DNA of 33,439 nucleotides. It comes from a virus (Duplodnaviria; Caudoviricetes). A program made the position numbers and the translations under genes. The stretch spans positions 1 through 33,439 of the IMG/VR virus record IMGVR_UViG_3300032335_000208, one strand, 5' to 3'. Below are positions 7,803 to 14,638 of the stretch, piece by piece. The stretch's first letter is position 1. Every line of letters starts with the position of its first letter. The notes under the pieces were generated by a model. That model did no database searches. It was given only the letters and a program-made list of their open reading frames with translations, and was not told the origin of the DNA.

Positions 7803-7811
7803 CTTGCAAAA

Positions 7812-8162
7812 ATGAGAAACGAACACGAACACAAACTCCAGGTGGCAATTTGCAAATGGTTAGAATGGACACAAGACTTTTACTATTATGCGATACCAAA
7901 CGGAGGTGCAAGGCATAGGTTAGTTGCAATCAAATTAAAAATGGAAGGCGCAAAGGCTGGAGTTGCTGATATGTTTTGGATGGTTTCAAATAAGAAGTGG
8001 AAAGGATTATTTGTTGAGGTTAAGATTGACAAAGGAACTCAGCAACCAAACCAAAAAGCATTTGAGCAGATAGCCATTAATCACGGCTATTATTATGCGA
8101 TTGTACGAAGCATTGAGGATTGTGAAAGTTTGATTCGTAGATTTAAAGCAGATGAGATTTGA
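7812..8162 (+). CDS. VRR-NUC family nuclease (putative Holliday junction resolvase)
   Basis: EHKLQ, AIPNGG, GAKAGVAD, FVEVK, Q...Q motifs (PD-(D/E)XK fold). Confidence 0.88.
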   Translation: MRNEHEHKLQVAICKWLEWTQDFYYYAIPNGGARHRLVAIKLKMEGAKAGVADMFWMVSNKKWKGLFVEVKIDKGTQQPNQKAFEQIAINHGYYYAIVRSIEDCESLIRRFKADEI

Positions 8163-8371
8163 GCGAGAATTATAAAAAGGCTATTATGTGGATTACAATG
8201 AGAATACAACGACCTACGATTCAAGTAGTTATCGAAGGCGCAACGTATTTAGATTTAAATTATAGCCTTGAAATAAACCTTAATCGAATCAAAATTAAAA
8301 ATGGCTCATCATTACCAGCTTACCGACAAACAAAAAAAATTAAGGATTATTTGGAATTGCACAAACTTTAA
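8159..8371 (+). CDS. Hypothetical protein
   Basis: TTGA overlap with the nuclease stop; 70 aa. Confidence 0.55.
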   Translation: MSENYKKAIMWITMRIQRPTIQVVIEGATYLDLNYSLEINLNRIKIKNGSSLPAYRQTKKIKDYLELHKL

Positions 8372-8385
8372 TGTAAACTTTGCAT

Positions 8386-8628
8386 ATGGAAAACATTAAA
8401 TATCAAGGAGTTATCAAAGAAGAGGTCGACTTAGTTAATCAGCCTCCGCACTATAAGAGCAAAGGAGGCATTGAATCAATCGAAGTCATTGAGTTTTTTG
8501 AGTTAGGATTTCATTTAGGTAATGTAGTTAAATACATTCTTCGGGCTGATAAAAAAGGAAACAAGAAGCAAGATTTAGAAAAGGCTCAATGGTATTTGAA
8601 TAGAGAACTCGAAAAGTGGAAAGGTTAA
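8386..8628 (+). CDS. DUF3310 family protein (T7 gp1.7/SaV-like)
   Basis: VNQPPHY...IESIEVIE...FHLGNVVKYILRA..K....DLEKAQWYL. Confidence 0.9.
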   Translation: MENIKYQGVIKEEVDLVNQPPHYKSKGGIESIEVIEFFELGFHLGNVVKYILRADKKGNKKQDLEKAQWYLNRELEKWKG

Positions 8629-8714
8629 TCTATGAAGCCATTGCGGTAGGAATTATCGAGGTGGCTTTTATCGTTTATTTTGTTTTTGAAATAATCAGAA
8701 AATCAAAAGAATGA
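8616..8714 (+). CDS. Small membrane peptide (32 aa, GTG start; not in ORF track)
   Basis: MERLIYEAIAVGIIEVAFIVYFVFEIIRKSKE; ATGA overlap with the sigma-like gene. Confidence 0.45.
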   Translation: MERLIYEAIAVGIIEVAFIVYFVFEIIRKSKE

Positions 8715-9223
8715 CCAGGTCGCAAATCATTGAGGAACTTTACAATTCAAAGGAGATTAAACAAGCCTTGATGAAAATGCACCCCGCAAATTTAAGGGAA
8801 GAACTCAAGCAAGAAATGTTCGTTAATCTTTGCTCGATAACCGAAGATAAATTTTGGTCGATTTACAATAACAACGGAAGTAACGGATTAAAGTTTTGGC
8901 TTGTTAGGTGTATGCTTAATATGATTTATTCAACGGGAATGAATCAACCATTCTTTAGGCATTTCAGAGCCAAATACGAATCAATAGATGGATTAGAAGA
9001 ATTAGTGCAGATTGATGATGAATCTAAGGAATATAAAGAAAAGCTATTTAATCGAGTGGAGGTAGCAAGAAAAGAACTATCTTGGTATGAGGATATGTTA
9101 CTCGATACTTATGTCGAATTAAACTTTAATCAAACGGAGATTTCAAGAAAGACTGGCATTCCATATATGTCCATAGTCAAAACGATTTCAAATATTAAAA
9201 AGAAAATAAGAGATGAAGCCTGA
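8711..9223 (+). CDS. Sigma-70/ECF-like RNA polymerase sigma factor (putative late regulator)
   Basis: Region 2-like EELKQEMFVNL..LKFWLVR and region 4 HTH LSWYE..NQTEISRKTGIPYMSIVKTISNIKKKIR. Confidence 0.72.
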   Translation: MTRSQIIEELYNSKEIKQALMKMHPANLREELKQEMFVNLCSITEDKFWSIYNNNGSNGLKFWLVRCMLNMIYSTGMNQPFFRHFRAKYESIDGLEELVQIDDESKEYKEKLFNRVEVARKELSWYEDMLLDTYVELNFNQTEISRKTGIPYMSIVKTISNIKKKIRDEA

Positions 9224-9395
9224 CGAGAAAGCCAAAAGTTTATTAACGAATGCACTTTATTTTTGTGGCAATAAAGTATTTGCTTTTGAATTAGCACTTT
9301 ACATTTGTTCATTGGTTCTTGAGCAGAAACTTAAAGCAGATGACCAAGCATACTGGAGTTTAGTTAAGGATGAAATTTACCAAACAAATAAATGA
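9213..9395 (+). CDS. Small hypothetical protein (P.EKAK.L...YW..VK.EI family)
   Basis: Distant paralog of 9616-9828. Confidence 0.65.
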   Translation: MKPDEKAKSLLTNALYFCGNKVFAFELALYICSLVLEQKLKADDQAYWSLVKDEIYQTNK

Positions 9396-9619
9396 TAACG
9401 ATAATCGCAGCGGTTTCCTTTGCAGTCTTTTTTACAATGACTAATTTATATCAGTCATTTGGATTGAACTTTAAACCGTTCAGTTGCACTCCTTGTTTAA
9501 GTACCTGGAGCGCAATCGTTTTAATTGTTATTCCTATTGAGTTACAAGAATGGATAGCAATCGTATTTAGTTCGGGGATATTAGGAGCAGTCTTTTTTAG
9601 ATTAATAAACAAACTATGA
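9392..9619 (+). CDS. Small membrane protein with CxxC motif
   Basis: Hydrophobic helices around KPFSCTPCLSTW. Confidence 0.7.
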   Translation: MITIIAAVSFAVFFTMTNLYQSFGLNFKPFSCTPCLSTWSAIVLIVIPIELQEWIAIVFSSGILGAVFFRLINKL

Positions 9620-9828
9620 GTCCGAAATCAAAAGCAAAAGAACTGATTGAAAAATATGCAGATGCTTTGCCATCAGTTTTTTATAATTCAGATGAAGCTA
9701 AAAATTATCCAAGAGCCAAAATATGTGCATTAATTGCAGTAGACGAGATAATTAATTTATTAACTGAAGATATAAATCCATTAGTTAATTATTGGTTTAA
9801 AGTTAAATTAGAAATAGAAAAACTATGA
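9616..9828 (+). CDS. Small hypothetical protein (PKSKAKEL...CALIAVDEI...YWFKVKLEIEKL)
   Basis: ATGA overlaps at both ends; flanked by AAACTATGA repeats. Confidence 0.7.
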   Translation: MSPKSKAKELIEKYADALPSVFYNSDEAKNYPRAKICALIAVDEIINLLTEDINPLVNYWFKVKLEIEKL

Positions 9829-10109
9829 CCGAGCAAGACTTAGCATTTTTAGAAGCCAACATAATTAACTTTGAGGCAGTGTCTTTAGGGTTTACTCGAA
9901 ACATTGACCGAGATGTGCTTGAAGAATATGCAGTTATTTATCGTAAATATTTGAATAAAGATTTTATATTAAATTCGTGGTGTGGAAATTGTGTATTTGA
10001 TATGCTTAAAAGATTGTCAGCACATTACGAAGGATTAAAGTATATTGAAAAACTCAACCAACCAAAACCAAACGATGTCCAAACTAAGAATTTGCGCAGT
10101 CGGAAGTAG
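9825..10109 (+). CDS. Hypothetical protein with CxxC motif
   Basis: WCGNCV motif; coupled ORF. Confidence 0.7.
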   Translation: MTEQDLAFLEANIINFEAVSLGFTRNIDRDVLEEYAVIYRKYLNKDFILNSWCGNCVFDMLKRLSAHYEGLKYIEKLNQPKPNDVQTKNLRSRK

Positions 10110-11091
10110 ACATTCGGGAGTCACTTACCATCGCCTTGCGTTACCATTGTCAGTGATGAAAAAGGAGTATTGTATTATCACGGATACAATGACCGAAGAG
10201 ATGCTGATTGAGAAGCAGATAAACGTGGTCGTAGTCAATCGATTTTGTGAATTGATACCATTGCCCGATTTATTAAAATGGAAGGCTAAGTTAGGCTTTA
10301 AATTGGTTGTCGATATTGATGACTATTGGGAGTTATTTTCTCAGCATTTATCTGCGCCAACCTATCGGTCATTAGGAGTCACAAGAATAATCAAGACTTA
10401 TATTCAAGTGGCTGATGTGGTTACTACAACTCACAACCGATTACGGCTTGAGATCATTAAGATAAATCCTAATTGCTTTATTCTGCCGAATGCTTTGCCA
10501 TTTGACCGTGACCAATTTACTGCGGTAAGAAATGTAAACGAATTTGTTAACATTGCGCACACGGGTAGCATTACTCACTTTCCTGACATGAGGCAATTGA
10601 AGAATCCGATTAGAGAATTAGCCAAGTCTAAATCGTTTAAGGAGTCTACACGCATGCTTCTTTGTGGGTGGAATAAAGCAAACGAGTTTCATTGGAAGCA
10701 AATGGCTGATTGGTTTACTGCTGGAGAAAGATTAAACCACAAGATTCTTGAATCGATGCCCGTAGATTTATATATGAATTTCTACCTGGAGGCTGACATA
10801 TTACTTGCTCCATTATTAGATAATAAATTTAACCGATTAAAATCCAATTTAAAGGCACTTGAGGCTGGCGCTAAACGGATTCCCTTGATGGCAATTAAAC
10901 GAGCGCCTTACGATGACATTCCAACGGTGTGCTGGGTAGACAATTGGGAACGAGATATTAAAAGAATGGTATTCTCAAAGCAAATGAGAACGGATTTTGG
11001 CGAGTCAAATGCTGAATATGTGCGTGAGCATTACGATTTATTTAAAATTAATGAGGATAGATTTGCTATTTATTCTAAACTAATAGAATAA
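10075..11091 (+). CDS. Glycosyltransferase (GT-B, family 4-like)
   Basis: SGVTYHRL, VVDIDDYW, ADVVTTT, DILLAPL..NKFNRLKSNLKALEAG. Confidence 0.85.
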   Translation: MSKLRICAVGSRHSGVTYHRLALPLSVMKKEYCIITDTMTEEMLIEKQINVVVVNRFCELIPLPDLLKWKAKLGFKLVVDIDDYWELFSQHLSAPTYRSLGVTRIIKTYIQVADVVTTTHNRLRLEIIKINPNCFILPNALPFDRDQFTAVRNVNEFVNIAHTGSITHFPDMRQLKNPIRELAKSKSFKESTRMLLCGWNKANEFHWKQMADWFTAGERLNHKILESMPVDLYMNFYLEADILLAPLLDNKFNRLKSNLKALEAGAKRIPLMAIKRAPYDDIPTVCWVDNWERDIKRMVFSKQMRTDFGESNAEYVREHYDLFKINEDRFAIYSKLIE

Positions 11092-11828
11092 TGCCAGTTA
11101 TAAAATGTTCAAACGAAAAATGGCGCATCGGTAATGGCGCTTGTATTTATGAAACGGAAGAAAAAGCAACTGAAGTTTGGAAGGCTATATTGGCAAGCGG
11201 AGAATACCGAGCGGATATTAATAAGGTTTCTTTTGATTTCGATGACACGTTGTCTACGGCAAGAGGTCAAGAGATTGCGAAAAGGAATATCTTGCAAGGC
11301 AAAGAAGTCTATATCATAACAAGGCGAAACGAATATAATTCTTCAGAGGTTTATCGAATAGCTGAAAGATTAAGAATACCAAAGTCAAGGGTTTATTTTA
11401 CTAATGGTCAATACAAATGGATGTTAATTAAGCGATTGGGAATTGGCACACATTATGATAATAACCAAACCGAGATTGACTTAATAAAAATAAATACGGA
11501 TACTAAAGCAATGAAGTTTGCTTTTGTTGATAGTTATAACGACTATCCTGAGTCAGCGGTTAACAATGCCAAGAGAGCGTTAAAATATGTTGAAGAAAAT
11601 GGTTGGGGAAGTTGCGGAACTCCAGTAGGAAAAGTAAGAGCAAATCAATTAGCAAATAGGGAAAATATTACAAGAGATACGATTGCAAGAATGGCTTCGT
11701 TTAAAAGGCATCAGCAAAGTAAAGATGTTCCTTATGGGAAAGGATGCGGAGGCTTAATGTGGGATTGTTGGGGAGGTACTGAAGGTATTGAATGGGCAAT
11801 AAGAAAATTAGAGCAAATCGATAATTAA
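11091..11828 (+). CDS. Multidomain protein: HAD-like domain plus C-terminal phage head-associated domain
   Basis: FDFDDTL, IITRR and HYDNN (HAD motifs); C-terminal YNDYP...GTPVGKVRANQLA...WGG..G.EWA. Confidence 0.6.
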   Translation: MPVIKCSNEKWRIGNGACIYETEEKATEVWKAILASGEYRADINKVSFDFDDTLSTARGQEIAKRNILQGKEVYIITRRNEYNSSEVYRIAERLRIPKSRVYFTNGQYKWMLIKRLGIGTHYDNNQTEIDLIKINTDTKAMKFAFVDSYNDYPESAVNNAKRALKYVEENGWGSCGTPVGKVRANQLANRENITRDTIARMASFKRHQQSKDVPYGKGCGGLMWDCWGGTEGIEWAIRKLEQIDN

Positions 11829-11836
11829 AAATAAAT

Positions 11837-12484
11837 ATGAATAACTTTTATCATAGTGGCGCTACTGGTGATGTAATTTATTCTTTGCCCACTATTAAGG
11901 CATTAGGCGGAGGTATTTTTAATGTACAATTACCCGACCATTTGTATGACACAATTTTGCCATTATTGGAATCTCAGGAATATATTCACGAAGTTAAAAA
12001 AGGCAGAGAATTGACTGGTACAATATATAATTTAGATTTATTCCGTTCAAATATAGATTTACATTTAACTCATTTAGTACAATTGCATTTGCAAAGTTTT
12101 CAGATTATAGATGAAACTTGGAAACAAGGATGGTTAAAAGTTGAGCCAATAAAATCAAATAATAGTTTTATTAATATAACTCCAAGATATAAATCTTTAA
12201 TTACGGATTGGATTAAAGAAATTAATTTTTTAAAAGACAATTCAGATAATGTTTATTTCATTGGTTTAGAATCTGAATATGAGCCGTATAAACATTTAAT
12301 TGAAAGGTATGTAATTAAAGATTATTTAGAATTGGCTCAATTACAATTAGGTGCAAAATATGTTAGTGGCAATCAATCAAGTTTTATGGCAGTTGCTCAA
12401 GGAATTGGTAGAGATTATAGAATGAGCCAAGCTGAAGGGCATACAAATTGCAATCAATTTTTACCAAAAGAAACAATAATATGA
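11837..12484 (+). CDS. Glycosyltransferase family 9-like protein
   Basis: HSGATGDVIYSLPTIKAL and DYLELAQL..GAKYVSGNQSS resemble heptosyltransferase motifs. Confidence 0.6.
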   Translation: MNNFYHSGATGDVIYSLPTIKALGGGIFNVQLPDHLYDTILPLLESQEYIHEVKKGRELTGTIYNLDLFRSNIDLHLTHLVQLHLQSFQIIDETWKQGWLKVEPIKSNNSFINITPRYKSLITDWIKEINFLKDNSDNVYFIGLESEYEPYKHLIERYVIKDYLELAQLQLGAKYVSGNQSSFMAVAQGIGRDYRMSQAEGHTNCNQFLPKETII

Positions 12485-13017
12485 GCCGTGTAAGCGACAA
12501 AGAATTTTTTGATATTGAAGTACAAAACGGAATAACTCCCGAGAATCCTGATTATTATAATTTGATGGATGCAACGGCTGACATAATTATCGAATATGCT
12601 AAAGACATAATCGAGATAGGTGCTGGCATGGGTACGCTTGGAGAATGCTTGCAAAAGAAAGGAGTTAATTATTATGGCATTGAGCCTAATAAATATCATC
12701 AAGAATTTGCTTATAAAAGAGGAGTTATATTACAAGAGATTACTGATTATCCCGACCATTGTCAAATGGTTGTTAGCATTGAAGTAATGGAGCATTTAAC
12801 CGATGAGCAAATCAAGGATTATATGAACAATATAAATTGTCAATATTTTTTATTTTCATCAACTCCTTATTACACAACTCCTGAGCAAGATGAGGCTTGG
12901 GGTCATATAAATATTAAGTCCGAAGAAAAGTGGATTGAGTTCTTTGCTCAATTTGGATTTAGCTTAGAAAAGAAATTAACTTTACCGACCGAGTGGTCAT
13001 TACTATTTAAAAAATGA
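12481..13017 (+). CDS. Class I SAM-dependent methyltransferase
   Basis: IIEIGAGMG motif I, VVSIEVMEHL, GHINIK; ATGA overlap. Confidence 0.85.
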   Translation: MSRVSDKEFFDIEVQNGITPENPDYYNLMDATADIIIEYAKDIIEIGAGMGTLGECLQKKGVNYYGIEPNKYHQEFAYKRGVILQEITDYPDHCQMVVSIEVMEHLTDEQIKDYMNNINCQYFLFSSTPYYTTPEQDEAWGHINIKSEEKWIEFFAQFGFSLEKKLTLPTEWSLLFKK

Positions 13018-13553
13018 ATATCACAACAACCAAACTGACCGACATAAAGTCGAATCCAAACAATCCAAGAATAATCAAGGATGACAAATTTAAAAAGTTG
13101 GTAGCATCAATTAAGGAATTTCCTCAGATGCTATCCTTAAGACCTATTGTCGTAAATGATGATATGATAGTGCTTGGTGGCAATATGCGATTGAAGGCTT
13201 GCAAGGAAGCTGGACTAAAAGAAGTACCTATAATAAAAGCAAGTGATTTAAACGAGGACCAACAAAAGGCATTTATTATTAAAGATAATGTTGGGTACGG
13301 AGAGTGGGATTGGGATATGCTTGCAAACGAATGGGATGCTGAAGAATTAGTTGAGTGGGGATTAGATATACCAAATTTTGTAATTGAGCCTGATGCAGAT
13401 GAATTGATTGGAGAAGATAAAAACAATCCAGCTACAATGAAAATAACTTTTGAAAGTGTAGAGCAATTACAACAAGCCGAAAATGATATTAGAGAATTAA
13501 TTGATAGGAAATATAAAGGGGCTTATTTTTCAGTTTCAGCAGGCGAAATATGA
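13014..13553 (+). CDS. ParB/Sulfiredoxin N-terminal domain protein
   Basis: NPNNPR, RPIVV, LGGNMRLKA, IKDN..GEWD motifs. Confidence 0.88.
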   Translation: MNITTTKLTDIKSNPNNPRIIKDDKFKKLVASIKEFPQMLSLRPIVVNDDMIVLGGNMRLKACKEAGLKEVPIIKASDLNEDQQKAFIIKDNVGYGEWDWDMLANEWDAEELVEWGLDIPNFVIEPDADELIGEDKNNPATMKITFESVEQLQQAENDIRELIDRKYKGAYFSVSAGEI

Positions 13554-14152
13554 GATTAGAAAAAGCATCAAATAAAGCGATTAAATTTGCTTGTTTAAAT
13601 TACCATTATGCAAAAGCAGTACCTACTTATTCAATAGGATATTCGGTTTTTAATAATAATAATGATTTTTGCGGAGTGGTTTTATTTGGAGGTGGCGCTT
13701 CAGTTAATATGCCAACAAAATTTAATTTAAGAAATGGTCAATATTTAGAATTAAATAGAATGGCTTTAAATGGAAAACAATCTTCTACAAGTAAGGTTTT
13801 ATCTATTGCAATTAAACTAATAAAAAAAGAATGTCCAACCGTAAAAATGTTATTTAGTTATGCAGACAAAGGACAAAATCATAATGGGATTATTTATCAA
13901 GCAACGAATTGGATTTATATAGAAAATATTGAAAGTAGTGGAACTGAATATTTTTTAAATGGAACTTGGAAACATGATAGAGGAAGATATAATTGGGCAA
14001 TCGATTTTAAAACATTACCCAAAAGAAAAAAGGCTGGCAAACATAAATATGTTTACCCATTAGATAAAAGTTTAATTGAAATTTGTAATAATTTAAAAAA
14101 ACCTTTTCCTAAAAATTTGAGCGATAAGGTAGAATCGAACTCCCCTTCTTGA
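13550..14152 (+). CDS. mom: Mom-family adenine modification enzyme (GNAT fold)
   Basis: NYHY, GVVLFG, LELNRMAL, SYAD..QNHNGIIYQATNWIY, KHKYVYPL and PFPK motifs characteristic of Mu Mom homologues. Confidence 0.85.
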   Translation: MRLEKASNKAIKFACLNYHYAKAVPTYSIGYSVFNNNNDFCGVVLFGGGASVNMPTKFNLRNGQYLELNRMALNGKQSSTSKVLSIAIKLIKKECPTVKMLFSYADKGQNHNGIIYQATNWIYIENIESSGTEYFLNGTWKHDRGRYNWAIDFKTLPKRKKAGKHKYVYPLDKSLIEICNNLKKPFPKNLSDKVESNSPS

Positions 14153-14189
14153 CTGGTTGCCAAGTGTGCTACCATTACACTATTATCGC
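14120..14189 (-). tRNA. Non-canonical tRNA-Gly-like RNA (anticodon position ACC)
   Basis: Minus strand GCGATAA TA GTGT AATGGTA GCAC A CTTGG CAACCAG TCAAG AAG GGGAG TTCGATT CTACC TTATCGC T: full cloverleaf, U73, A33 instead of U33, G.A mismatch in T-stem, CCA not encoded. Confidence 0.85.
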
Positions 14190-14198
14190 ATTGATTAC

Positions 14199-14227
14199 CA
14201 AATATATAAAAAAATATGTAAAACAAA
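14199..14227 (-). promoter_or_regulatory. Bacteroidota-type promoter driving the tRNA-like gene
   Basis: Minus strand TTTG (14227-14224), 17-nt spacer, TATATTTG (14206-14199), ending 9 nt before tRNA G1. Confidence 0.7.
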
Positions 14228-14638
14228 ATGGCAAATGAACAAAATTTAGTAAGTTTCAAGAAAGGTCAATCAGGCAATCCAAATGGTCGACCAAAGAAGT
14301 ACGTTACTTTGTTAAAAGAATCGGGTTATAATATGACCGAGATTGGTATTACAATTCGTAAAATGCTTGCTATGAATATTGAACAACTTAAAGAGATATT
14401 TGATAATCCTGAAAGTTCAATATTAGAAAAGACAATCGCTGGGGCAATGAATAAATCTTTAAAGAACGGTTCATTATATTCAATAGAAACTTTATTAAGT
14501 AGAGTATTTGGAAAGCCTAAAGAATCGGCTGATATAAAACAAGATACTGAAATAACTATAAAATTTGCCAATGGAGATTATCCTACCGACTCCACACGAG
14601 GCGCAGAAAAAAGTATTACAGAGCAAGGCGAGGTTTAG
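14228..14638 (+). CDS. terS: Terminase small subunit (DUF5681-like N-terminus)
   Basis: FKKGQSGNPNGRPK motif; immediately upstream of the large subunit. Confidence 0.8.
   Translation: MANEQNLVSFKKGQSGNPNGRPKKYVTLLKESGYNMTEIGITIRKMLAMNIEQLKEIFDNPESSILEKTIAGAMNKSLKNGSLYSIETLLSRVFGKPKESADIKQDTEITIKFANGDYPTDSTRGAEKSITEQGEV

Noticed and set aside
8374-8382. Promoter-like TAAACTTTG before the DUF3310 gene
   Set aside because: Spacing does not fit TAnnTTTG exactly
14120-14189. Ordinary translational tRNA-Gly(ACC), or an integration (attP) remnant
   Set aside because: A33, the short variable region and the T-stem mismatch argue against normal decoding; no integrase is seen, and the element is full length with its own promoter
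14053-14259. 68-aa minus-strand ORF
   Set aside because: It spans the tRNA-like gene and its promoter, so it is better explained as a shadow ORF
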